DNA of 64,000 nucleotides from the human T2T-CHM13v2.0 reference genome, Homo sapiens (GCF_009914755.1 NC_060943.1); one strand, 5' to 3'. Counted from the stretch's first letter, positions 1-16,671 are shown. The notes: generated from the letters alone by a model not told the origin. Made by a program: numbers and translations.

Positions 1-741
1 TCAAAAAAAACAAAAACAAAATAACAAAAAGCAAAAAAAAAAACTTACATTCTTCACTGTGGGGTTTTTCCACAGAATTGTAGAGTCTTGAGACTTGGGA
101 ATTAAAAGGCATCTGTTATGTAGCAGTGATTTTTCAAGGTTTGGTTTGGGTTTTAACTACAACCCCATTCAGAACACGTCAGTGAAATCTTACATAGAAT
201 CCTGAGATGTAAAATAAAGCGGGCCAGATGCAATGCCTCACGCTGTAAATCCAGCACTTCGAGAGGCCAAGGCAGGAGGATCACTTGAGGCCAGGAGTTC
301 GAGACCAGCCTGGGCAACATAGCAAGATCCTGTCTCTAAGAAAAATTTAAAAATTAGCCAGGCATGGTGGTGCACACCTGTAATCCCAGCTACTCCAGCC
401 GCTAAGGAGGGAAAATCAGTTGAGCTCAGGAGTTTAAGAGCAGCCTGGGCAACATAGCAAGATCCCATCTCTATTATATAAGATACATATGTATACACAC
501 ACACATATTAACAAAATCAATCAAAGAAAGCATATCTAGACTTTGTTCCTTACCAGGCCACGGTGGCCCCTGAGAGACCCCTGCAGCTCAGTATGGGACC
601 TGCTGACCACCACTTTGTGTCATCACTGTTTGGATGACACAAAGGGTCGTTTGAAGGGGCTGCCCTGCCCCAGGAACTGGGCCTCCAGATCCAGCCTGTC
701 TTGCCTTGGGGATGCCGTCTGTCTCAAGGAGGGTTACTCCA

Positions 742-1310
<569 letters not shown>

Positions 1311-2637
1311 TCAGCCAAGTCAAGGGAGACCCCACCTCCCACGTCCTAGAAACCACACTTGGATGATGGCTAGTTGGTTCTATCAACATTCACCTCTTTA
1401 GAGGCCCTAACACTGCTGATTCCACAAGAGCTGCATCACCTGTGGCCTGGCCAGGACTTGGTTCTGCAGTGGCATTCTACACCCAGTGGTCCAAAGTTAG
1501 GAGTGACATGCGTTTAAACTTCATTGCATTATAGGTAGGTAGGAAAGGGGGAGGATCGTTTTGGAGCCGCAGTTCCTCAAAGCCAGGAGGGGGATTCCAA
1601 TGAAACCTCCGTCCACGGACTCTTGCAAATCCCACAGCGGCTCCGGGCCTCTTCAGTGGCTCTCTGCAAGTGCTGGCATCCCTCAAATGCATACAAGAGC
1701 AGCGGGAGCAAACAAGCAGAAAATGTGCTATGCTCCCGAGAGAGTGTCAGGTGACCCCTTTTGGTTCTTAGCCAGAGGTGAGCATCAGAAAGCACCCAGG
1801 CTGGGCGTGGTGGCTCACGCTTGGAATCCCAGCACTTTTGGGGAGGCCAAGGCAGGCGGATCACTTGAGCCCAGGAGTTTGAGACCAGTCTGGGGAATAT
1901 GGCGAAACCTCATCTCTACTAAAACTACAAAAATTAGCCAGGTGTGGTGGCGCACACCTGTAATCCCAGCTACTCGGAGGCTGAGACAGGAGAATCGCTT
2001 AAACTTGGGAGGCGGAGGTTGCAGTGAGCTGAGATCACACCCAGGGACCCATTCAAAAGGCACAGGCCCACTCTAGTTCTGGAGGGTTCCAGCAGTCATG
2101 GGTTAGGGGGTGTGTGTTCATGTGTACATTGTGTGTGTGGACAGCTTGACAGATGATTTCCATAATAACCCCCTGGCTGGTTCTCATTTATTTTATTTTT
2201 TTAGAGTCAGGGTCTTGCTCTGTGGCCCAGGCTGGAGTGCAATGGAAGAATCATGGCTCACTGCAGCCTCAAACTCCTGGGCTCAAGCAAAACCTCCTGT
2301 CTCTGCTTCCTGAATAGCTGGGACTACAGGAGTGTGCCACCATGCCCAGCTAATATTTTAATTTTTTGTAGAGATGGGGTCTTGCTGTGTTGCCCAGGCT
2401 GGTCTCAAACTCCTGGTCTCAAGCATTCCTTCCACCTTGGCCTCCCAAAGTGCTGAGATTACAGGCATGAACCACCACATCTGTCCTTTGGTGGCCTTTG
2501 TATATACAGCAGGTGATCCCTGCGTTCAGGTATCTGGTGTCTGTCTCCTCCAAAGTGGCAAAGGAAAGGTCCTGGTGAGCTGAGAAAGGAAGGAGCCCCC
2601 AGCCTTGGCAGCCGATTGTTGACAAATTGGGCAGAAA

Positions 2638-5600
2638 CCGAGATGTTAATGCAGGATCTTGCTGTCCATTTCCGAGATGTTAATACGCAATCTTGCTGTC
2701 CATTTCCGAGCTGTTAATGCGGTATCTCGCTTTCTGTTTCTGAGATGTTAATACAGGCTCTTGCTGTCCATTTCCGAGATGTTAATATGGGATCTTGCTT
2801 TCTGTTTCCATTTCCAAGACGTTAATACAGGATCTTGCTGTCCATTTCCAAGATGTTAATGCGGGATCTTGCTGTCCGTTTCTGAGATGTTAATACGGGA
2901 TCTTGCTGTCCGTTTCCAAGATGTTAATGCGGGATCTTGCTTTCCGTTTCCGTTTCCGAGATGTTAATACAGGATCTTGCTTTCCGTTTCCGTTTCCGAG
3001 ATGTTAATACGGGATCTTGCTGTCCATTTCCGAGATGTTAATACAGGATCTTGCTTTCTGTTTCCATTTCCGAGGTGTGAATGTCGATCTTGCTTTCTGT
3101 TTCCAAGACATTAATATGGGATCTTGCTTTCCATTTCCATTTCCAAGATGTTAATACGGGATCTTGCTGTCCATTTCCGAGATGTGAATGCAGGATCTTG
3201 CTGTCCGTTTCTGAGATGTTAATACGGGATCTTGCTGTCCGTTTCCAAGATGTTAATGCGGGATCTTGCTTTCCGTTTCCGTTTCCAAGATGTTAATACG
3301 GGATCTTGCTGTCCATTTCCGAGATGTTAATACAGGATCTTGCTTTCTGTTTCCATTTCCGAGATGTTAATGTGGATCTTGCTATCTGTTTCCGAGACAT
3401 TAATATGGGATCTTGCTTTCCGTTTCCATTTCCAAGATGTTAATACGGGATCTTGCTGTCCATTTCCGAGATGTGAATGCAGGATCTTGCTGTCCGTTTC
3501 TGAGATGTTAATACGGGATCTTGCTGTCCGTTTCCAAGATGTTAATGCAGGATCTTGCTTTCCGTTTCCGTTTCCGAGATGTTAATATGGGATCTTGCTG
3601 TCCGTTTCCGAGATGTTAATACAGGATCTTGCTTTCTGTTTCCATTTCCGAGATGTTAATGTGGATCTTGCTTTCCATTTCCGAGATGTTAATACGGGAT
3701 CTTGCTGTCCCCGAGATGTTAATACGGGATCTTGCTGTCCCCAAGATGTTAATACGGGATCTTGCTGTCCGTTTCCGAGATGTTAATGCGGGATCTTGCT
3801 GTCCGTTTCCGAGATGTTAACGCGGGATCCTGCTTTCCGTTTCCGAGATGTTAACGCGGGATCCTGCTTTCCGTTTCCGAGATGTTAACGCGGGATCCTG
3901 CTGTCCGTTTCCGAGATGTTAACGCGGGATCCTGCTGTCCGTTTCCGAGATGTTAACGCGGGATCCTGCTGTCCGTTTCCGAGATGTTAACGCGGGATCC
4001 TGCTGTCCGTTTCCGAGATGTTAACGCGGGATCCTGCTGTCCGTTTCCGAGATGTTAACGCGGGATCCTGCTGTCCGTTTCCGAGATGTTAACGCGGGAT
4101 CCTGCTGTCCGTTTCCGAGATGTTAACGCGGGATCCTGCTGTCCGTTTCCGAGATGTTAACGCGGGATCCTGCTGTCCGTTTCCGAGATGTTAACGCGGG
4201 ATCCTGCTGTCCGTTTCCGAGATGTTAACGCGGGATCTTGCTTTCCGTTTCCGAGATGTTAACGCGGGATCTTGCTTTCCGTTTCCGAGATGTTAACGCG
4301 GGATCTTGCTGTCCGTTTCCGAGATGTTAACGCGGGATCTTGCTTTCCGTTTCCGAGATGTTAATGCGGGATCTTGCTTTCCGTTTCCGAGATGTTAATG
4401 CGGGATCTTGCTGTCCGTTTCCGCGATGTTAATGTGGGATCTTGCTGTCCGTTTCCGAGATGTTAGTGTGGATCTTGCTCTCCGTTTCCGAGATGTTAAT
4501 ATGGGATCTTGCTTTCTGTTTCCGCGATGTTAATGTGGGATCTTGCTCTCCGTTTCCCATATGTTAATACGGGATCTTGCTTTCTGTTTCCGAGATGTTA
4601 ATGCGGGATCTTGCTTTCCGTTTCTGAGATGTTAATGTGGGATCTTGCTGTCTGTTTCCGAGATGTTAATGTGGGATCTTGCTGTCCGTTTCCGAGATGT
4701 TAATTGTGGATCTTGCTTTCCGTTTCCAAGATGTTACTGCGGGATCTTGCTTTCCGTTTCCGAGATGTTAATGTGGATCTTGCTTTCTGTTTCCGAGATG
4801 GTAATACGGGATCTTGCTGTCCGTTTCCGAGGTGTTAATGTGGGATCTTGCTTTCCGTTTCCGAGATATTAATACGGGATCTTGCTGTCCATTTCCGATA
4901 TGTTAATGTGGGATTTTGCTGTCGGTTTCCAAGATGTTAATGTGGATCTTGCTTTCCATTTCCGAGATGTTAATGTGGGATCTTGCTGTCCATTTCCGAT
5001 ATGTTAATACGGGATCTTGCTTTCCGTTTCCGAGATGTTAATGCAGGATCTTGCTTTCCGTTTCCAAGATGTTAACGCGGGATCTTGCTGTCCGTTTCCG
5101 AGATGTTAATGTGGGATCTTGCTGTCCATTTCCAAGATGTTAATTGTGGATCTTGCTTTCCATTTCCGAGATGTTAATGCGGGATCTTGCTTTCCGTTTC
5201 CGAGATGTTAATGTGGATCTTGCTTTCCGTTTCCGAGATGTTAATACGGGATCTTGCTGTCCGTTTCTGAGATGTTAATGTGGGATCTTGCTGTCCATTT
5301 CCGAGATGTTAATTGTGGATCTTGCTTTCCGTTTCCGAGATGTTAATGCGGGATCTTGCTTTCCGTTTCCGAGATGTTAATGTGGATCTTGCTTTCCGTT
5401 TCCGAGATGTTAATATGGGAACTTGCTGTCCGTTTCCAAGATGTTAATGTGGGATCTTGCTGTCCGTTTCCGAGATGTTAATGTGGGATCTTGCTGTCCA
5501 TTTCCAAGATGTTAATGTGGATCTTGCTTTCCATTTCCGAGATGTTAATGCGGGATCTTGCTTTCCGTTTCCGTTTCCGAGATGTTAATATGGGATCTTG

Positions 5601-8600
5601 CTGTCCGTTTCCGAGATGTTAATGTGGATCTTGCTTTCCATTTCCCAGATGTTAATGCAGGATCTTGCTTTCCGTTTCCGTTTCCGAGATGTTAATATGG
5701 GATCTTGCTGTCCGTTTCCGAGATGTTAATACAGGATCTTGCTTTCTGTTTCCATTTCCGAGATGTTAACGCGGGATCCTGCTGTCCGTTTCCGCGATGT
5801 TAACGCGGGATCTTGCTGTCCGTTTCCGAGATGTTAACGCGGGATCTTGCTTTCCGTTTCCGAGATGTTAACGCGGGATCTTGCTTTCCGTTTCCGAGAT
5901 GTTAACGCGGGATCTTGCTATCCGTTTCCGAGATGTTAACGCGGGATCTTGCTGTCTGTTTCCGCGATGTTAATGTGAGATCTTGCTGTCCGTTTCCGAG
6001 ATGTTAATGCGGGATCTTGCTTTCCGTTTCCGAGATGTTAATGTGGGATCTTGCTGTCCATTCCCGAGATGTTAATGCGGGATCTTGCTTTCTGTTTCCA
6101 CGATGTTAATGTGGGATCTTGTTGTCCATTCCCGAGATGTTAATGCGGGATCTTGCTTTCTGTTTCCACGATGTTAATGTGGGATCTTGCTGTCTGGTTC
6201 TGAGATGTTAGTGTGGATCTTGCTCTCCGTTTCCGATATGTTAATACGGGATCTTGCTTTCTGTTTCCGCGATGTTAATGTGGGATCTTGCTGTCCGTTT
6301 CCGAGATGTTAATGCGGGATCTTGCTTTCCGTTTCCGAGATGTTAATGTGAGATCTTGCTGTCCATTTCCGAGATGTTAATGCGGAATCTTGCTTTCTGT
6401 TTCCACGATGTTAATGTGGGATCTTGCTGTCTGGTTCTGAGATGTTAGTGTGGATCTTGCTCTCCGTTTCCGATATGTTAATACGGGATCTTGCTTTCTG
6501 TTTCCGCGATGTTAATGTGGGATCTTGCTCTCCGTTTCCCATATGTTAACACGGGATCTTGCTTTCTGTTTCCGAGATGTTAATGCGGGATCTTGCTTTC
6601 CGTTTCCGAGATGTTAATGTGGGATCTTGCTGTCTGTTTCCAAGATGTTAATGTGGGATCTTGCTGTCCATTTCCGAGATGTTAATTGTGGATCTTGCTT
6701 TCCGTTTCCAAGATGTTACTGCGGGATCTTGCTTTCCGTTTCCGAGATGTTAATGTGGATCTTGCTTTCTGTTTCCGAGATGTTAATACGGGATCTTGCT
6801 GTCCGTTTCCGAGATGTTAATGTGGGATCTTGCTTTCCGTTTCCGAGATGTTAATACGGGATCTTGCTGTCCATTTCCGATATGTTAATGTGGGATTTTG
6901 CTGTCCGTTTCCGAGATGTTAATGTGGATCTTGCTTTCCATTTCCGAGATGTTAATGTGGGATCTTGCTTTCCGTTTCCGAGATGTTAATGTGGATATTG
7001 CTTTCCGTTTCCGAGATGTTAATACGGGATCTTGCTGTCCATTTCCGAGATGTTAATATGGGATCTTGCTTTCCATTTCCGAGATGTTAATGCGGGATCT
7101 TGCTGTCCATTTCCGATATGTTAATACGGGATCTTGATTTCTGTTTCCGCGATGTTAATGTGGGATCTTGCTGTCCGTTTCCAAGATGTTAATGTGGATC
7201 TTGCTCTCCGTTTCCGAGATGTTAATACGGGATCCTGCTCTCTGTTTCCGCGATTTTAATGTGGGATCTTGCTGTCCATTTCTGATATGTTAATACGGGA
7301 TCTTGCTTTCCGTTTCCGAGATGTTAATGCAGGATCTTGCTTTCCGTTTCCGAGATGTTAACGCGGAATCTTGCTGTCCGTTTCCGAGATGTTAATGTGG
7401 GATCTTGCTGTCCATTTCCAAGATGTTAATTGTGGATCTTGCTTTCCGTTTCCGAGATGTTAATGTGGACCTTGCTTTCCGTTTCCGAGATGTTAATACG
7501 GGAACTTGCTGTCCGTTTCCGAGATGTTAATGTGGGATCTTACTGTCCATTTCCGAGATGTTAATGCGGGATCTTCCTTTCCGTTTCTGAGATGTTAATG
7601 CGGGATCTTGCTTTCCGTTTCCGATATGTTAACACGGGACCTTGCTGTCCGTTTCCGAGATGTTAATACGGGATCTTGCTGTCCATTTCCGAGATGTTAA
7701 TGTGGATCTTGCTGTCCGTTTCCGAGATGTTAATGTGGATCTTGCTTTCCGTTTCCGAGATGTTAATACGGGATATTGCTGTCCGTTTCCAAGATGTTAA
7801 TGCGGGATCTTGCTTTCCGTTTCCGAGATGTTAATGCGGGATCTTCCTTTCCGTTTCCGATATGTTAATACGTGATCTTGCTTTCCGTTTCCGCGATGTT
7901 AATGTGGGATCTTGCTGTCCATTTCCGCGATGTTAATGTGGATCTTGCTGTCCGTTTCCGAGATGTTAATGTGGATCTTGCTGTCCGTTTCCGAGATGTT
8001 AATACGGGATCTTGCTTTTCGTTTCCGAGATGTTAATACGGGGTCTTGCTGTCCGTTTCCGAGATGTTAATGCGGGATCTTGCTTTCCGTTTCCGAGATG
8101 TTAATGCGGGATCTTGCTTTCCGTTTCCGAGATGTTAAGACGGGATCTTGCTGTCCGTTTCCGAAGTGTTAATGCGGGATCTTCCTTTCCGTTTCCAAGA
8201 TGTTAATGCGGGATCTTGCTTTCCATTTCCGAAATGTTAATGCGGGATCTTGCTGTCCATTTCCGATATGTTAATACGGGATCTTGCTTTCTGTTTCCGC
8301 GATGTTAATGTGGGATCTTGCTGTCCGATTCCGAGATGTTAGTGTGGATCTTGCTCTCCGTTTCCGAGATGTTAATACGGGATCTTGCTTTCTGTTTCCG
8401 CGATGTTAATGTGGGATCTTGCTGTCCGCTTCCGATATGTTAATACGGGATCTTGCTTTCTGTTTCCGAGATGTTAATGCGGCATCTTGCTTTCCGTTTC
8501 CGAGATGTTAATGCGGGATCTTGCTGTCTGTTTCCGACATGGTAATGTGGGATCTTGCTGTCCATTTCCGAGATGTTAATTGTGGATCTTGCTTTCCGTT

Positions 8601-11600
8601 TCCAAGATGTTAATGCGGGATCTTGCTCTCCGTTTCCGCGATGTTAATGTGGGATCTTGCTGTCCATTTCCGATATGTTAATACGGGATCTTGCTTTCCA
8701 TTTCCGAGATGTTAATGCAGGATCTTGCTTTCTGTTTCCGAGGTGTTAATACGGGATCTTGCTGTCCGTTTCCGAGGTGTTAATGTGGGATCTTGCTTTC
8801 CGTTTCCGAGATGTTAATACGGGATCTTGCTGTCCATTTCCGGTATGTTAATGTGGGATTTTGCTGTCCGTTTCCGAGATGTTAATGTGGATCTTGCTTT
8901 CCATTTCCGAGATGTTAACGTGGGATCTTGCTTTCCGTTTCCGAGATGTTAATGTGGATTTTGCTTTCCGTTTCCGAGATGTTAATACGGGATCTTGCTG
9001 TCCATTTCCGATATGTTAATATGGGATCTTGCTTTCCGTTTCTGAGATGTTAATGCGGGATCTTGCTTTCCGTTTCCAAGATTTTAATGTGGATCTTGCT
9101 TTCCGTTTCCGAGATGTTAATTTGGGATCTTGCTGTCCGTTTCCGAGGTGTTGATGTGGATCTTGCTGTCCATTTCCGAGATGTTAATGTGGGATCTTGC
9201 TGTCCATTTCCAAGATGTTAATGTGGATCTTGCTGTCCGTTTCCGAGATGTTAATACGGGATCTTGCTGTCCATTTCTGACATGTTAATGTGGATCTTGC
9301 TTTCCGTTTCCGAGATGTTAATACGGGATCTTACTGTCCGTTTCCGAGATGTTAATGCGGCATCTTGCTTTCCGTTTCCGAGATGTTAATACGGGATCTT
9401 GCTGTCCGTTTCTGAAATGTTAATGCGGGATCTTGCTGTCCGTTTCTGAGATGTTAATGTGGATCTTGCTTTCCGTTTCCGAGATGTTAATGTGGATCTT
9501 GCTGTCCGTTTCCGAGATGTTAATAAGGGATCTTGCTGTCCGTTTCCGAGGTGTTAATGTGGATCTTGCCTTCCGTTTCCGAGATGTTAATGTGGATCTT
9601 GCTTTCCGTTTCCGAGATGTTAATACGGGATCTTGCTTTCCGTTTCGGAGATGTTAATGCGGGATCTTGCTTTCCGTTTCCAAGATGTTAATGCGGGATC
9701 TTGCTGTCCGTTTCCGAGGTGTTAATGCAGGATCTTGCTTTCTGTTTCCGAGATGTTAATACGGGATCTTGCTGTCCATTTCCGATATGTTAATGTGGGA
9801 TTTTGCTGTCCGTTTCCGAGATGTTAGTGTGGATCTTGCTTTCCATTTCCGAGATGTTAATGTGGGATCTTGCTTTCCGTTTCCGAGATGTTAATGTGGA
9901 TCTTGCTTTCCGTTTCCGAGATGCTAATACGGGATCTTGCTGTCCATTTCCGAGATGTTAATATGGGATCTTGCTTTCCATTTCCGAGATGTTAATGCGG
10001 GATCTTGCTGTCCATTTCTGATATGTTAATACGGGATCTTGCTTTCTGTTTCCACGATGTTAATGTGGGATCTTGCTGTCCGTTTCCAAAATGTTAATGT
10101 GGATCTTGCTCTCCTTTTCCGAGATGTTAATACGGGATCTTCCTCTCCATTTCCGCAATGTTAATGTAGGATCTTGCTGTCCATTTCCGATATGTTAATA
10201 CGGGATCTTGCTTTCCGTTTCCGAGATGTTAATGCAGGATCTTGCTTTCTGTTTCCGAGATGTTAACGCGGGATCTTGCTGTCCGTTTCCGAGATGTTAA
10301 TGTGGGATCTTGCTGTCCATTTCCAAGATGTTAATTGTGGATCTTGCTTTCCGTTTCCGAGATGTTAATGCGGGATCTTGCTTTCCGTTTCCGAGATGTT
10401 AATGTGGATCTTGCTTTCCGTTTCCAAGATGTTAATACGCGATCTTGCTGTCCATTTCCGAGATGTTAATGTGGGATCTTGCTGTCCATTTCCGATATGT
10501 TAATGTGGGATCTTGCTGTCCATTTCCAAGATGTTAATGTGGGTCTTGCTTTCCATTTCCGAGATGTTAATGCAGGATCTTGCTTTCCGTTTCCGAGATG
10601 TTAATGTGGGATCTTGCTGTCCATTTCCGAGATGTTAATGTGGGATCTTGCTGTCCATTTCCAAGATGTTAATGTGGATCTTGCTTTCCATTTCCGAGAT
10701 TTTAATGCGGGATCTTGCTTTCCGTTTCCGAGATGTTAATGTGGATCTTGCTTTCTGTTTCCGAGATGTTAATACGGGATCTTGCTGTCCATTTCCGATA
10801 TGTTAATACGGGATCTTGGTTTCCGTTTCCGAGATGTTAATGTGGGATCTTCCTTTCCGTTTCTGAGATGTTAATACGGGATCTTGCTGTCCGTTTTCGA
10901 GATGTTAATGCGGGATATTGCTGTCCGTTTCTGAGATGTTAATGTGGATCTTGCTTTCCGTTTCCAAGATGTTAATGTGGATCTTGCTGTCCATTTCCAA
11001 GATGTTAATACGGGATCTTGCTGTCCGTTTCCAAGGTGTTAATGCAGGGTCTTGCTTTCCGTTTCCGATATGTTAATGTGGATCTTGCTGTCCGTTTCCG
11101 AGATGTTAATGTGGATCTTGCTGTCCGTTTCCGAGATGTTAATGTGGATCTTGCTGTCCGTTTCCGAGATGTTAATAGGGGATCTTGCTGTCCGTTTCCG
11201 AGATGTTAATACAGGATCTTGCTTTCCATTTCCGAGATGTTAATACGGGGTCTTGCTGTCCGTTTCCGAGATGTTAATGCGGGATCTTGCTTTCCGTTTC
11301 CGAGATGTTAATGCGGGATCTTGCTTTCCGTTTCCGAGATGTTAATGCGGGATCTTGCTGTCCGTTTCCGAGATGTTAATGCAAGATCTTGCTTTCCGTT
11401 TCCGAGATGTTAATGCGGGATCTTGCTGTCCGTTTCCACGGTGTTAATGCGGGATCTTGCTTTCCGTTTCCGAGATGTTAATACGGGGTCTTGCTGTCCG
11501 TTTCCGAGATGTTAATGCGGCGTCTTGCTGTCCGTTTCCGAGATGTTAATGCGGGGTCTTGCTGTACCTTTCTGAGATGTTAATGCAGGATCTTGCTGTC

Positions 11601-11811
11601 CGTTTCCGAGATGTTAATGCGGGATCTTGCTGTCCGTTTCCGAGATGTTAATGCAGGATCTTGCTGTCCATTTCCGAGATGTTAATATGGGATCTTGCTG
11701 TCCATTTCCGAGATGTTAATGCGGGATCTTGCTGTCCGTTTCTGAGATGTTAATACAGGATCTTGCTGTCCGTTTCTGAGATGTTAATACAGGATCTTGC
11801 TTTCTGTTTCC
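2638..11811. repeat. 34-bp VNTR/minisatellite, ~270 copies, consensus GAGATGTTAATGCGGGATCTTGCT(G/T)TCCGTTTCC, intronic in ARHGEF18
   Basis: Directly visible tandem periodicity of 34 bp with 33-bp (AATGTGGATC) and 40-bp (extra GTTTCC) variants; abuts the exon acceptor TAG at 11812-11814. Confidence 0.98.
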
Positions 11812-11814
11812 TAG

Positions 11815-12024
<210 letters not shown>

Positions 12025-12069
12025 TAAATTCCCTTTGAAATCCAGTTTGCTGGGTGCTGGGGTTCCTTC

Positions 12070-12706
<637 letters not shown>

Positions 12707-13119
12707 TGATACAAGAAAGATGGGGTGGTCAGCACCATGAAAGCAGGAGCCAGGTCTCATTTGCCAACTGTTTCCCCCAGCCCCTAGCACAGGCTGGGCC
12801 ACTGCAGGCCCTCAGTGTTAGTGTCTGTGGAAAGGATGAATGGATGGAGACGGTGCCCTGGTGGTTCAAACAGACCCAGAGATGGCCTCTGTGTCACATG
12901 ACCAGGGCTGAGCAAGGGATGTGTCTGGAGCCAGGGAGGCAGAGAAGGGCGGGCAGTCCAGCCAGGAGTTCTGGCAGCCAGGGCCGTGCTGACCACAGCT
13001 CTCGCTTCACCACTGAATTCAGGCCGTGAGAGGATGAACAAATTTCCCCACTATAAAAGCCACATCCTTGGAGTGGGAAGAGCCAGATCCCAGTCACAAC
13101 AGGAGGTGGAGGGAATCTA

Positions 13120-13890
<771 letters not shown>

Positions 13891-14026
13891 TAAACTCTGA
13901 CGTGTTGCATTTATTTTGGAGAACTATTTGCATCTCAGGAGATTACATTTGGGAAGTGATCTTGAGGGTCTTCTGAGTGGTGGCCTTGGAGAACACACCT
14001 CATAGATCCCACACGCCCATACATAG

Positions 14027-15240
<1,214 letters not shown>

Positions 15241-16312
15241 AACTGACACAGAGCCACTGAAGTCTGGCTACTTCATGGCTGAAGGGAGGTTATGAGCTGA
15301 GTCAGGATGAGCAAGGCAGCTGGGGTGTAGCATAAAAGAGATGGTTGTATCACCGTCCTCCTCCTCTGGTCTTTGGAAGGGTGCAGTACACACCAGGAGG
15401 GCATGCTGAGTTGTTGACTTCCCAATGGAAACCCAGGGCATTGGTGGCACATCGAGACACCCCAGGTTTGGGCCCAGAATTCCAAACACGCTCAGCTGCC
15501 CATCTGGGCAGTCATGGGCCAGCCTGCCTGCCATGGGCCCAGCCACTGAGAGGCCCCCATGTGGATAGAGAATACCCCCAGGACTGCTGATCAGCATCCC
15601 CAAGCATCCCACTCGCTGCCCAGGGTGTGCTCCGAGCCCTACTTTCAAGACCCATGTTGCAGTTCAGACCAGAGAGTGCTCAGGATTCATTCCTGGGTTT
15701 CCTGTTCATTTTTGGAGCCTCTAGAAACATCCCAAGCTATCTATTCACATCAGCATCTTTAAGGATCTTGAGGGAGTCATTGAGGTGGCCAAATGACAGC
15801 ACTTGCCCACTCATCATTTGAGTAGGCGTGTATTTCGCAGACAGGTTTAGCGCCTTCTGCCTGCCAGGCGCCGAGTTGGATGGTAGGAATACACCCCACC
15901 GGGCAAGACCTGGTGCCTAGCCTTTTAAGGCATCAGTCACTGGGCTGAAAGAGAGAAACAAGCCAAAAAACGGAAAAACTAGTTAGAAGTCCAGCACATG
16001 CTTTAAGGAAGCCAGCAGGCTGCAGTGTGAGAGAATTAGCAAAAGCGTATCTGACTTAGACAGGGGTGTTGGAAGCAGCTCCCCAAAAGTGGCGTTGCCC
16101 TTGAAACGCAGCTCAGGATTTGCATCTATGTGCAGGAAGCCTTACAGCACGAGAGGTTCATACAGGGACAAGGCGCCAAGGGGGACTGAGGGGCACGAGG
16201 GGACTGAGACCACCCCTGGCCTGCATCGCTGCTGTGGCTCGGGTCCTGGTGACCCAGGAGCAGGGAGAACAGAGAGCTCCGTTCACATCTGAGACATCAG
16301 AGGGAGAGATGT

Positions 16313-16671
16313 TGTATTAGTCCGTGTTCATGCTGCTGATAAAGACATACCTGAGACTGGGCAACTTACCAAAGAAAGAGGTTTAATGGACTTAAACAGT
16401 TCCACCTGTGGGGGAAGGCCTCACAATCATGGCAGAAGGCAGGAGGAGCAAGTCAAGTCTTACATGGATGGCAGCAGGCAAAGAGAGAGGGAGCTTGTGC
16501 AGGGAAACTCCCCCTTATAAAACTGTCAGATCTTGTGAGACTCATTCACTATCACGAGAACGGCATGGAAAAGATCTGCCCCCATGATTCAATTACCTCC
16601 CACCAGGTCCCTCTTACAGCACGTGGGAATTCAAGATGAGATGTGGGTGGGGACGCAGCCAAACCGTATCA
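16313..16671 (-). mobile_element. MaLR solo LTR (THE1/MST type)
   Basis: TGTATTAGTCC...GCTGCTGATAAAGACATACCTGAGACTGGG ... CAGCCAAACCGTATCA termini. Confidence 0.85.

Noticed and set aside
3081-11243. Repetitive ORFs (LSVSEML.../RFRDVN...) in the VNTR
   Set aside because: They arise from 33/34-bp unit phase shifts; short, mostly non-ATG starts, with frequent TAA
2638-11811. CRISPR-like array
   Set aside because: Units are contiguous with no unique spacers, there are no cas genes, and the context is a human intron
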